Position numbers and translations under genes: made by a program. From the NCBI GenBank assembly GCA_051313645.2, contig JBNRSN020000009.1:36084001-36148000 (forward strand): a DNA stretch of 64,000 nucleotides. The letters run 5' to 3'. This DNA comes from Centroscyllium fabricii (Eukaryota). The notes beneath the pieces are model-generated. The model made no database searches. It was not told the DNA's origin and saw only the letters and a program-made list of their open reading frames with translations. How positions within the stretch are numbered: the first letter of the stretch is position 1; every line of letters starts with the position of its first letter. Positions 1 through 13,500 of the stretch are shown here, piece after piece.

Positions 1-3000
1 TTAGTGAGTGACGTCAGTGCTTGGTGAGTGATGTCAGTCCTTGGTGATTGACGTCAGAGCTTGGTGAGTGACGTCAGTGCTCGGTGAGTGATGTCAGTGC
101 TCAGTGAGTGACGTCAGTGCTCGGTGAGTGACGTCAGTGCTCAGTGAGTGATGTCAGTGCTCAGTGAGTGACGTCAGTGCTCGGTGAGTGATGTCAGTGC
201 TCGGTGAGTGACGTCAGTGCTCGGTGAATGACGTCTGTGCTCGGTGAGTGACGTCAGTGCTCGGTGATTTACGTCAGTGCTCGGTGAGTGATGTCAGTGC
301 TTGGTGAGTGATGTCAGTGCTCAGTGAGTGACGTCAGTGCTCGGTGAGTGACGTCAGTGCTCGGTGAGTGACGTCAGTGCTCAGTGAGTGATGATATTCC
401 TTGGTGAGTGACGTCTGTGCTCAGTGAGAGATGTAATTCCTTGGTGAATGACGTCGGTGCTTAGTGAGTGACGTCAGTGCTTGGTGAGTGACGTCAGTGC
501 TTGGTGAGTGATGTCAGTCCTTGGTGATTGACGTCAGAGCTTAGAGAGTGACGTCAGTGCTTGTTGAGTGATGTCAGTGCTCGGTGAGTGACGTCGGTGC
601 TCGGTGAGTGATGTCAGTGCTCGGTGAGTGATGTCAGTGCTCGGTGAGTGATGTCAGTGCTCGGTGAGTGATGTCAGTGCTCGGTGAGTGATGTCAGTGC
701 TTGGTGAGTGATGTCAGTGCTTGGTGAGTGATGTCAGTGCTCGGTGAGTGATGTCAGTGCTTAGTGACTGATGTAAGTGCTTAGTGACTGATGTCAGTGC
801 TCGGTGAGTGATGTCAGTGCTCAGTAAGTGATGTAATTCCTTGGTGAGTGACGTCGGTGCTTAGTGAGTGACGTCAGTGCTTGGTGAGTGATGTCAGTGC
901 TTGGTGAGTGATGCCAGTCCTTGGTGATTGACGTCAGAGCTTGGTGAGTGACGTCAGTGCTCGGTGAGTGATGTCAGTGCTCGGTGAGTGACGTCAGTGC
1001 TCGGTGAGTGACGTCAGTGCTCAGTGAGTGATGTCAGTGCTCAGTGAGTGACGTCAGTGCTCGGTGAGTGATGTCAGTGCTCGGTGAGTGACGTCAGTGC
1101 TCGGTGAATGACGTCTGTGCTCGGTGAGTGACGTCAGTGCTCGGTGAATTACGTCAGTGCTCGGTGAGTGATGTCATTGCTTGGTGAGTGATGTCAGTGC
1201 TCAGTGAGTGACGTCAGTGCTCGGTGAGAGACGTCAGTGCTCAGTGAGTGATGTAATTCCTTGGTGAGTGACGTCTGTGCTCAGTGAGTGATGTAATTCC
1301 TTGGTGAATGACGTCGATGCTTAGTGAGTGACGTCAGTGCTTGGTGAGTGACGTCAGTGCTTGGTGAGTGATGTCAGTCCTTGGTGATTGACGTCAGAGC
1401 TTAGTGAGTGACGTCAGTGCTTGTTGAGTGATGTCAGTGCTCGGTGAGTGACGTCGGTGCTTGGTGAGTGATGTCAGTGCTCGGTGAGTGACGTCAGTGC
1501 TCGGTGAGTGATGTCAGTGCTCGGTGAGTGATGTCAGTGCTCGGTGAGTGATGTCAGTGCTCGGTGAGTGATGTCATTGCTCGGTGAGTGACGTCGGTGC
1601 TCGGTGAGTGACATCAGTGCTCGGTGAGTGATGTCAGTGCTCGGTGAGTGATGTCAGTGCTAGGTGAGTGATGTCAGTGCTAGGTGAGTGATGTCAGTGC
1701 TCGGTGAGTGATGTCAGTGCTCAGTGAGTGGCGTTAGTGCTCGGTGAGTGATGTCAGTGCTCAGTGAGTGATGTCAGTGCCGGGTGAGTGACGTCAGTGC
1801 TCAGTGAGTGATGTCAGTGCTCGGTGAGTGACGTTAGTGTTCGGTGAGTGATGTTAGTGCTCGGTGAGTGACGTCAGTGCTCGGTGAGTGATGTCAGTGC
1901 TCGGTGAGTGATGTCAGTGCTGGGTGAGTGACGTCAGTGCTCGGTGAGTGATGTCAGTGCTCGGTGAGTGATGTCAGTGCTCGGTGAGTGATGTCAGTGC
2001 TCGGTGAGTGATGTCAGTGCTCGGTGAGTGATGTCAGTGCTCGGTGAGTGATGTCAGTGCTCAGTGAGTGGCGTTAGTGCTGGGTGAGTGACGTCAGTGC
2101 TTGGTGAGTGATGTCAGTTCTTGGTGAGTGATGTCAGTGCTCGGTGAGTGATGTCAGTGCTCGGTGAGTGATGTCAGTGCTCGGTGAGTGATGTCAGTGC
2201 TCGGTGAGTGATGTCAGTGCTCGGTGAGTGATGTCAGTGCTCGGTGAGTGATGTCAGTGCTCGGTGAGTGATGTCAGTGCTGGGTGAGTGACGTCAGTGC
2301 TCGGTGAGTGATGTCAGTGCTCGGTGAGTGACGTCAGTGCTCGGTGAGTGACGTCAGTGCTCAGTGAGTGATGTAATTCCTTGGTGAGTGACGTCTGTGC
2401 TCAGTGAGTGATGTAATTCCTTGGTGAGTGACGTCGGTGCTTAGTGAGTGACGTCAGTGCTTGGTGAGTGATGTCAGTGCTCGCTGAATGACGTCAGTGC
2501 TCAGTGAGTGATGTAATTCCTTGGTGAGTGACGTCTGTGCTCAGTGAGTGATGTAATTCCTTGGTGAGTGACGTCGGTGCTTAGTGAGTGACGTCAGTGC
2601 TTGGTGAGTGACGTCAGTGCTTGGAGAGTGATGTCAGTCCTTGGTGATTGACGTCAGAGCTTAGTGAGTGACGTCAGTGCTTGGTGAGTGATGTCAGTCC
2701 TTGGTGATTGACGTCAGAGCTTGGTGAGTGACGTCAGTGCTCGGTGAGTGATGTCAGTGCTCAGTGAGTGACGTCAGTGCTCGGTGAGTGACGTCAGTGC
2801 TCAGTGAGTGATGTCAGTGCTCAGTGAGTGACGTCAGTGCTCGGTGAGTGATGTCAGTGCTCGGTGAGTGACGTCAGTGCTCGGTGAATGACGTCTGTGC
2901 TCGGTGAGTGATGTCAGTGCTCGGTGAATTACATCAGTGCTCGGTGAGTGATGTCAGTGCTTGGTGAGTGATGTCAGTGCTCAGTGAGTGACGTCAGTGC

Positions 3001-4539
3001 TCGGTGAGTGACGTCAGTGCTCAGTGAGTGATGTAATTCCTTGGTGAGTGACGTCTGTGCTCAGTGAGTGATGTAATTCCTTGGTGAGTGATGTCGGTGC
3101 TTAGTGAGTGACGTCAGTGCTTGGTGAGTGATGTCAGTGCTCGGTGAGTGAAGTCAGTGCTTAGTGACTGATGTCAGTGCTCGGTGAGTGACGTCAGTGC
3201 TCAGTGAGTGATGTAATTCCTTGGTGAATGACGTCGGTGCTTACTGAGTGACGTCAGTGCTTGGTGAGTGACGTCAGTGCTTGGTGAGTGATGTCAGTGC
3301 TTGGTGAGTGATGTCAGTGCTTAGTGACTGATGTGAGTGATGTCAGTGCTCAGTGAGTGATGTAATTCCTTGGTGAGTGACGTCGGTGCTTAGTGAGTGA
3401 CGTCAGTGCTTAGTGAGTGATGTCAGTGCTTGGTGAGTGATGTCAGTGCTTGGTGAGTGATGTCAGTCCTTGGTGATTGACGTCAGAGCTTAGTGAGTGA
3501 CGTCAGTGCTTGTTGAGTGATGTCAGTGCTCGGTGAGTGACGTCGGTGCTTGGTGAGTGATGTCAGTGCTCGGTGAGTGACGTCAGTGCTCGGTGAGTGA
3601 TGTCAGTGCTCGGTGAGTGATGTCAGTGCTCGGTGAGTGATGTCAGTGCTCGGTGAGTGATGTCATTGCTCGGTGAGTGACGTCGGTGCTCGGTGAGTGA
3701 CATCAGTGCTCGGTGAGTGATGTCAGTGCTCGGTGAGTGATGTCAGTGCTAGGTGAGTGATGTCAGTGCTAGGTGAGTGATGTCAGTGCTCGGTGAGTGA
3801 TGTCAGTGCTCAGTGAGTGGCGTTAGTGCTCGGTGAGTGATGTCAGTGCTCAGTGAGTGATGTAATTCCTTGGTGAGTGACGTCTGTGCTCAGTGAGTGA
3901 TGTAATTCCTTGGTGAGTGATGTCGGTGCTTAGTGAGTGACGTCAGTGCTTGGTGAGTGATGTCAGTGCTCGGTGAGTGAAGTCAGTGCTTAGTGACTGA
4001 TGTCAGTGCTCGGTGAGTGACGTCAGTGCTCAGTGAGTGATGTAATTCCTTGGTGAATGACGTCGGTGCTTACTGAGTGACGTCAGTGCTTGGTGAGTGA
4101 CGTCAGTGCTTGGTGAGTGATGTCAGTGCTTGGTGAGTGATGTCAGTGCTTAGTGACTGATGTGAGTGATGTCAGTGCTCAGTGAGTGATGTAATTCCTT
4201 GGTGAGTGACGTCGGTGCTTAGTGAGTGACGTCAGTGCTTAGTGAGTGATGTCAGTGCTTGGTGAGTGATGTCAGTGCTTGGTGAGTGATGTCAGTGCTC
4301 GGTGAGTGATGTCAGTGCTTAGTGACTGATGTAAGTGCTTAGTGACTGATGTCAGTGCTCGGTGAGTGATGTCAGTGCTCAGTAAGTGATGTAATTCCTT
4401 GGTGAGTGACGTCGGTGCTTAGTGAGTGACGTCAGTGCTTGGTGAGTGATGTCAGTGCTTGGTGAGTGATGCCAGTCCTTGGTGATTGACGTCAGAGCTT
4501 GGTGAGTGACGTCAGTGCTCGGTGAGTGATGTCAGTGCT

Positions 4540-7500
4540 CGGTGAGTGACGTCAGTGCTCGGTGAGTGACGTCAGTGCTCAGTGAGTGATGTCAGTGCTC
4601 AGTGAGTGACGTCAGTGCTCGGTGAGTGATGTCAGTGCTCGGTGAGTGACGTCAGTGCTCGGTGAATGACGTCTGTGCTCGGTGAGTGACGTCAGTGCTC
4701 GGTGAATTACGTCAGTGCTCGGTGAGTGATGTCAGTGCTTGGTGAGTGATGTCAGTGCTCAGTGAGTGACGTCAGTGCTCGGTGAGTGACGTCAGTGCTC
4801 AGTGAGTGATGTAATTCCTTGGTGAGTGACGTCTGTGCTCAGTGAGTGATGTAATTCCTTGGTGAATGACGTCGATGCTTAGTGAGTGACGTCAGTGCTT
4901 GGTGAGTGACGTCAGTGCTTGGTGAGTGATGTCAGTCCTTGGTGATTGACGTCAGAGCTTAGTGAGTGACGTCAGTGCTTGTTGAGTGATGTCAGTGCTC
5001 GGTGAGTGACGTCGGTGCTTGGTGAGTGATGTCAGTGCTCGGTGAGTGACGTCAGTGCTCGGTGAGTGATGTCAGTGCTCGGTGAGTGATGTCAGTGCTC
5101 GATGAGTGATGTCAGTGCTCGGTGAGTGATGTCATTGCTCGGTGAGTGACGTCGGTGCTCGGTGAGTGACATCAGTGCTCGGTGAGTGATGTCAGTGCTC
5201 GGTGAGTGATGTCAGTGCTAGGTGAGTGATGTCAGTGCTAGGTGAGTGATGTCAGTGCTCGGTGAGTGATGTCAGTGCTCAGTGAGTGGCGTTAGTGCTC
5301 GGTGAGTGATGTCAGTGCTCAGTGAGTGATGTCAGTGCTGGGTGAGTGACGTCAGTGCTCAGTGAGTGATGTCAGTGCTCGGTGAGTGACGTTAGTGTTC
5401 GGTGAGTGATGTTAGTGCTCGGTGAGTGACGTCAGTGCTCGGTGAGTGATGTCAGTGCTCGGTGAGTGATGTCAGTGCTGGGTGAGTGACGTCAGTACTC
5501 GGTGAGTGATGTCAGTGCTCGGTGAGTGATGTCAGTGCTCGGTGAGTGATGTCAGTGCTCGGTGAGTGATGTCAGTGCTCGGTGAGTGATGTCAGTGCTC
5601 GGTGAGTGATGTCAGTGCTCAGTGAGTGGCGTTAGTGCTGGGTGAGTGACGTCAGTGCTTGGTGAGTGATGTCAGTTCTTGGTGAGTGATGTCAGTGCTC
5701 GGTGAGTGATGTCAGTGCTGGTTGAGTGACGTCAGTGCTCGGTGAGTGATGTTAGTGCTCGGTGAGTGATGTCAGTGCTCGGTGAGTGATGTCAGTGCTC
5801 GGTGAGTGATGTCAGTGCTCGGTGAGTGATGTCAGTGCTCGGTGAGTGATGTCAGTGCTCAGTGAGTGGCGTTAGTGCTGGGTGAGTGACGTCAGTGCTT
5901 GGTGAGTGATGTCAGTGCTTGGTGAGTGATGTCAGTGCTCGGTGAGTGATGTCAGTGCTTGGTGAGTGATGTCAGTGCTCGGTGAGTGATGTCAGTGCTT
6001 AGTGACTGATGTCAGTGCTTAGTGACTGATGTCAGTGCTCGGTGAGTGATGTCAGTGCTCAGTAAGTGATGTAATTCCTTGGTGAGTGACGTCAGTGCTT
6101 AGTGAGTGACGTCAGTGCTTGGTGAGTGACGTCAGTGCTTGGTGAGTGATGTCAGTCCTTGGTGATTGACGTCAGAGCTTGGTGAGTGACGTCAGTGCTT
6201 CGTGAGTGATGTCAGTGCTCGGTGAGTGACGTCAGTGCTCGGTGAGTGACGTCAGTGCTCAGTGAGTGATGTCAGTGCTCAGTGAGTGACGTCAGTGCTC
6301 GGTGAGTGATGTCAGTGCTCAGTGAGTGATGTCAGTGCTCGGTGAATGACGTCTGTGCTCGGTGAGTGATGTCAGTGCTCGGTGAATTACATCAGTGCTC
6401 GGTGAGTGATGTCAGTACTTGGTGAGTGATGTCAGTGCTCAGTGAGTGACGTCAGTGCTCGGTGAGTGACGTCAGTGCTCAGTGAGTGATGTAATTCCTT
6501 GTTGAGTGACGTCTGTGCTCAGTGAGTGATGTAATTCCTTGGTGAGTGACGTCAGTGCTTAGTGAGTGACGTCAGTGCTTGGTGAGTGATGTCAGTGCTC
6601 GGTGAGTGAAGTCAGTGCTTAGTGACTGATGTCAGTGCTCGGTGAGTGACGTCAGTGCTCAGTGAGTGATGTCAGTCCTTGTTGATTGACGTCAGAGCTT
6701 AGTGAGTGACATCAGTGCTTGGTGAGTGACGTCAGTGCTCGGTAAATGACGTCTGTGCTCGGTGAGTGACGTCAGTGCTCGGTGAATTACGTCAGTGCTC
6801 GGTGAGTGATGTCAGTGCTTGGTGAGTGATGTCAGTGGTCAGTGAGTGACGTCAGTGCTCGGTGAGTGACGTCAGTGCTCAGTGAGTGATGTAATTCCTT
6901 GGTGAGTGACGTCTGTGCTCAGTGAGTGATGTAATTCCTTGGTGAGTGACGTCGGTGCTTAGTGAGTGACGTCAGTGCTTGGTGAGTGATGTCAGTGCTC
7001 GCTGAATGACGTCAGTGCTCAGTGAGTGATGTAATTCCTTGGTGAGTGACGTCTGTGCTCAGTGAGTGATGTAATTCCTTGGTGAGTGACGTCGGTGCTT
7101 AGTGAGTGACGTCAGTGCTTGGTGAGTGACGTCAGTGCTTGGAGAGTGATGTCAGTCCTTGGTGATTGACGTCAGAGCTTAGTGAGTGACGTCAGTGCTT
7201 GGTGAGTGATGTCTGTCCTTGGTGATTGACGTCAGAGCTTGGTGAGTGACGTCAGTGCTCGGTGAGTGATGTCAGTGCTCGGTGAATGACGTCAGTGCTC
7301 GGTGAGTGACGTCAGTGCTCAGTGAGTGATGTCAGTGCTCAGTGAGTGACGTCAGTGCTCGGTGAGTGATGTCAGTGCTCGGTGAGTGACGTCAGTGCTC
7401 GGTGAATGACGTCTGTGCTCGGTGAGTGACGTCAGTGCTCGGTGAATTACGTCAGTGCTCGGTGAGTGATGTCAGTGCTTGGTGAGTGATGTCAGTGCTC

Positions 7501-10500
7501 AGTGAGTGACGTCAGTGCTCGGTGAGTGACGTCAGTGCTCAGTGAGTGATGTAATTCCTTGGTGAGTGACGTCTGTGCTCGGTGAGTGATGTAATTCCTT
7601 GGTGAATGACGTCGGTGCTTATTGAGTGACGTCAGTGCTTGGTGAGTGACGTCAGTGCTTGGTGAGTGATGTCAGTCCTTGGTGATTGACGTCAGAGCTT
7701 AGTGAGTGACGTCAGTGCTTGTTGAGTGATGTCAGTGCTCGGTCAGTGACGTCGTTGCTTGGTGAGTGATGTCAGTGCTCGGTGAGTGACGTCAGTGCTC
7801 GGTGAGTGACGTCAGTGCTCGGTGAGTGATGTCAGTGCTCGGTGAGTGATGTCAGTGCTCGGTGAGTGATGTCATTGCTCGGTGAGTGACGTCGGTGCTC
7901 GGTGAGTGACATCAGTGCTCGGTGAGTGATGTCAGTGCTCGGTGAGTGATGTCAGTGCTAGGTGAGTGATGTCAGTGCTAGGTGAGTGATGTCAGTGCTC
8001 GGTGAGTGATGTCAGTGCTCAGTGAGTGGCGTTAGTGCTCGGTGAGTGATGTCAGTGCTCAGTGAGTGATGTCAGTGCTGGGTGAGTGACGTCAGTGCTC
8101 GGTGAGTGATGTCAGTGCTCGGTGAGTGACGTTAGTGCTCGGTGAGTGATGTTAGTGCTCGGTGAGTGACGTCAGTGCTCGGTGAGTGATGTCAGTGCTC
8201 GGTGAGTGATGTCAGTGCTGGGTGAGTGACGTCAGTGCTCGGTGAGTGATGTCAGTGCTCGGTGAGTGACGTCAGTGCTTGGTGAGTGATGTCAGTCCTT
8301 GGTGAGTGATGTCAGTGCTCGGTGAGTGATGTCAGTGCTCGGTGAGTGATGTCAGTGCTCGGTGAGTGATGTCAGTGCTTAGTGACTGATGTCAGTGCTT
8401 AGTGACTGATATCAGTGCTCGGTGAGTGATGTCAGTGCTCATTAAGTGATGTAATTCCTTGGTGAGTGACGTCGGTGCTTTGTGAGTGACGTCAGTGCTT
8501 GGTGAGTGACGTCAGTGCTTGGTGAGTGATGTCAGTCCTTGGTGATTGATGTCAGAGCTTGGTGAGTGACGGCAGTGCTCGGTGAGTGACGTCAGTGCTC
8601 GGTGAGTGACGTCAGTGCTCGGTGAGTGATGTCAGTGCTCGGTGAGTGATGTCAGTGCTCAGTGAGTGACGTCAGTGCTCGGTGAGTGATGTCAGTGCTC
8701 GGTGAGTGACGTCAGTGCTCGGTGAATGACGTCTGTGCTCGGTGAGTGAAGTCAGTGCTCGGTGAATTACGTCAGTGCTCGGTGAGTGATGTCAGTGCTT
8801 GGTGAGTGATGTCAGTGCTCAGTGAGTGACGTCAGTGCTCGGTGAGTGATGTCAGTGCTCAGTGAGTGATGTAATTCCTTGGTGAGTGACGTCTGTGCTC
8901 AGTGAGTGATGTAATTCCTTGGTGAGTGACGTCGGTCCCTAGTGAGTGACGTCAGTGCTTGGTGAGTGATGTCAGTGCTCGATGAATGAAGTCAGTGCTT
9001 AGTGACTGATGTCAGTCCTCGGTGAGTGATATCAGTGCTCAGTGAGTGATGTAATTCCTTCGTGAGTGACGTCGGTGCTTACTGAGTGACGTCAGTGCTT
9101 GGTGAGTGACATCAGTGCTTGGAGAGTGATGTCAGTCCTTGGTGATTGATGTCAGAGCTTAGTGAGTGACGTCAGTGCTTGTTGAGTGATGTCAGTGCTC
9201 AGTGAGTGACGTCGGTGCTTGGTGAGTGACGTCAGTGCTCGGTGAATGACGTCTGTGCTCGGTGAGTGACGTCAGTGCTCGGTGAATTACGTCAGTGCTC
9301 GGTGAGTGATGTCAGTGCTTGGTGAGTGATGTCAGTGCTCAGTGAGTGATGTCAGTGCTCGGTGAGTGACGTCAGTGCTCAGTGAGTGATGTAATTCCTT
9401 GGTGAGTGACGTCTGTGCTCAGTGAGTGATGTAATTCCTTGGTGAGTGACGTCGGTGCTTAGTGAGTGACGTCAGTCCTTGGTGAGTGATATCAGTGCTC
9501 GGTGAGTGACGTCAGTGCTCAGTGAGTGATGTAATTCCTTGGTGAGTGACGTCTGTGCTCAGTGAGTGATGTAATTCCTTGGTGAGTGACGTCGGTGCTT
9601 AGTGAGTGACGTCAGTGCTTGGTGAGTGACGGCAGTGCTTGGTGAGTGATGTCAGTCCTTGGTGATTGACGTCAGAGCTTAGTGAGTGACGTCAGTGCTG
9701 GTTGAGTGATGCCAGTGCTCGGTGAGTGACGTCGGTGCTTGGTGAGTGATGTCAGTGCTCGGTGAGTGATGTCAGTGCTCGGTGAGTGATGTCAGTGGTC
9801 GGTGAGTGATGTCAGTGCTCGGTGAGTGATGTCATTGCTCGGTGAGTGACGTCGGTGCTCGGTGAGTGACATCAGTGCTCGGTGAGTGATGTCAGTGCTC
9901 GGTGAGTGATGTCAGTGCTAGGTGAGTGATGTCAGTGCTAGGTGAGTGATGTCAGTGCTCGGTGAGTGATGTCAGTGCTCAGTGAGTGGCGTTAGTGCTC
10001 GGTGAGTGATGTCAGTGCTCAGTGAGTGATGTCAGTGCTGGGTGAGTGACGTCAGTTCTCGGTGAGTGATGTCAGTGCTCGGTGAGTGACGTCAGTGCTC
10101 GGTGAGTGATGTTAGTGCTCGGTGAGTGACGTCAGTGCTCGGTGAGTGATGTCAGTGCTCGGTGAGTGATGTCAGTGCTGGGTGAGTGACGTCAGTGCTC
10201 GGTGAGTGATGTCAGTGCTCGGTGAGTGACGTCAGTGCTCGGTGAGTGATGTCAGTGCTCGGTGAGTGATGTCAGTGCTCGGTGAGTGATGTCAGTGCTT
10301 GGTGAGTGATGTCAGTGCTCGGTGAGTGATGTCAGTGCTCAGTGAGTGGCGTTAGTGCTGGGTGAGTGACGTCAGTGCTCAGTGAGTGATGTCAGTGCTC
10401 GGTGAGTGACGTCTGTGCTCAGTGAGTGGCGTTAGTGCTCGGTGAGTGATGTCAGTGCTCAGTAAGTGATGTCAGTGCTGGGTGAGTGACGTCAGTGCTC

Positions 10501-13500
10501 GGTGAGTGATGTCAGTGCTCGGTGAGTGATGTTAGTGCTCGGTGAGTGATGTCAGTGCTCGGTGAGTGACGTCAGTGCTCGGTGAGTGACGTCAGTGCTC
10601 GGTGAGTGATGTCAGTGCTGGGTGAGTGACGTCAGTGCTCGGTGAGTGATGTCAGTGCTCGGTGAGTGACGTCAGTGCTCGGTGAGTGATGTCAGTGCTC
10701 GATGAGTGATGTCAGTGCTCGGTGAGTGACGTCAGCGCTGGGTGAGTGACGTCAGTGCTCAGTGAGTGATGTCAGTGCTCGGTGAGTGACGTTAGTGCTC
10801 GGTGAGTGATGTCAGTGCTCGGTGAGTGACGTCAGTGCTGGGTGAGTGATGTCAGTGCTCAGTGAGTGGCGTTAGTGCTCGGTGAGTGATGTCAGTGCTC
10901 GGTGAGTGACGTCAGTGCTGGGTGAATGATGTCAGTGCTCAGTGAGTGATGTCAGTGCTCGGTGAGTGACGTCAGTGCTCAGTGAGTGATGTCAGTGCTC
11001 AGTGAGTGACGTCAGTGCTCGGTGAGTGATGTCAGTGCTCAGTGAGTGATGTCAGTGCTCGGTGAATGACGTCTGTGCTCGGTGAGTGACGTCAGTGCTC
11101 GGTGAATTACATCAGTGCTCGGTGAGTGATGTCAGTGCTTGGTGAGTGATGTCAGTGCTCAGTGAGTGACGTCAGTGCTCAGTGAGTGACGTCAGTGCTC
11201 AGTGAGTGATGTAATTCCTTGGTGAGTGACGTCTGTGCTCAGTGAGTGATGTAATTCCTTGGTGAGTGACGTCGGTGCTTAGTGAGTGACGTCAGTGCTT
11301 GGTGAGTGATGTCAGTGCTCGGTGAGTGAAGTCAGTGCTTAGTGACTGATGTCAGTGCTCGGTGAGTGACGTCAGTGCTCAGTGAGTGATGTAATTCCTT
11401 GGTGAGTGACGTCGGTGCTTACTGAGTGACGTCAGTGCTTGGTGAGTGACGTCAGTGCTTGGTGAGTGATGTCAGTCCTTGGTGATTGACGTCAGAGCTT
11501 AGTGAGTGACATCAGTGCTTGTTGAGTGATGTCAGTGCTCGGTGAGTGACGTCGGTGCTTGGTGAGTGACGTCAGTGCTCGGTAAATGACGTCTGTGCTC
11601 GGTGAGTGACGTCAGTGCTCGGTGAATTACGTCAGTGCTCGGTGAGTGATGTCAGTGCTTGGTGAGTGATGTCAGTGGTCAGTGAGTGACGTCAGTGCTC
11701 GGTGAGTGACGTCAGTGCTCAGTGAGTGATGTAATTCCTTGGTGAGTGACGTCTGTGCTCAGTGAGTGATGTAATTCCTTGGTGAGTGACGTCGGTGCTT
11801 AGTGAGTGACGTCAGTGCTTGGTGAGTGATGTCAGTGCTCGCTGAATGACGTCAGTGCTCAGTGAGTGATGTAATTCCTTGGTGAGTGATGTCAGTGCTC
11901 AGTGAGTGATGTCAGTGCTCAGTGAGTGACGTCAGTGCTCGGTGAATGACGTCTGTGCTCGGTGAGTGACGTCAGTGCTCGGTGAATTACGTCAGTGCTC
12001 GGTGAGTGATGTCAGTGCTTGGTGAGTGATGTCAGTGCTCAGTGAGTGACGTCAGTGCTCGGTGAGTGACGTCAGTGCTCAGTGAGTGATGTAATTCCTT
12101 GGTGAGTGACGTCTGTGTTCAGTGAGTGATGTAATTCCTTGGTGAATGACGTCGATGCTTAGTGAGTGACGTCAGTGCTTGGTGAGTGACGTCAGTGCTT
12201 GGTGAGTGATGTCAGTCCTTGGTGATTGACGTCAGAGCTTAGTGAGTGACGTCAGTGCTTGTTGAGTGATGTCAGTGCTCGGTGAGTGACGTCGGTGCTT
12301 GGTGAGTGATGTCAGTGCTCGGTGAGTGACGTCAGTGCTCGGTGAGTGATGTCAGTGCTCGGTGAGTGATGTCAGTGCTTGGTGAGTGATGTCAGTGCTC
12401 GGTGAGTGATGTCAGTGCTCGGTGAGTGATGTCATTGCTCGGTGAGTGACGTCGGTGCTCGGTGAGTGATGTCAGTGCTAGGTGAGTGATGTCAGTGCTA
12501 GGTGAGTGATGTCAGTGCTCGGTGAGTGATGTCAGTGCTCGGTGAGTGATGTCAGTGCTAGGTGAGTGATGTCAGTGCTAGGTGAGTGATGTCAGAGCTC
12601 GGTGAGTGATGTCAGTGCTCAGTGAGTGGCGTTAGTGCTCGGTGAGTGATGTCAGTGCTCAGTGAGTGATGTCAGTGCTGGGTGAGTGACGTCAGTGCTC
12701 AGTGAGTGATGTCAGTGCTCGGTGAGTGACGTTAGTGTTCGGTGAGTGATGTTAGTGCTCGGTGAGTGACGTCAGTGCTCGGTGAGTGATGTCAGTGCTC
12801 GGTGAGTGATGTCAGTGCTGGGTGAGTGACGTCAGTGCTCGGTGAGTGATGTCAGTGCTCGGTGAGTGATGTCAGTGCTCGGTGAGTGATGTCAGTGCTC
12901 GGTGAGTGATGTCAGTGCTCGGTGAGTGATGTCAGTGCTCGGTGAGTGATGTCAGTGCTCAGTGAGTGGCGTTAGTGCTGGGTGAGTGACGTCAGTGCTT
13001 GGTGAGTGATGTCAGTTCTTGGTGAGTGATGTCAGTGCTCGGTGAGTGATATCAGTGCTGGTTGAGTGACGTCAGTGCTCGGTGAGTGATGTCAGTGCTC
13101 GGTGAGTGATGTCAGTGCTCGGTGAGTGATGTCAGTGCTCGGTGAGTGATGTCAGTGCTCGGTGAGTGATGTCAGTGCTCGGTGAGTGATGTCAGTGCTC
13201 AGTGAGTGGCGTTAGTGCTGGGTGAGTGACGTCAGTGCTTGGTGAGTGATGTCAGTGCTTGGTGAGTGATGTCAGTGCTCGGTGAGTGATGTCAGTGCTT
13301 GGTGAGTGATGTCAGTGCTCGGTGAGTGATGTCAGTGCTTAGTGACTGATGTCAGTGCTTAGTGACTGATGTCAGTGCTCGGTGAGTGATGTCAGTGCTC
13401 AGTAAGTGATGTAATTCCTTGGTGAGTGACGTCAGTGCTTAGTGAGTGACGTCAGTGCTTGGTGAGTGACGTCAGTGCTTGGTGAGTGATGTCAGTCCTT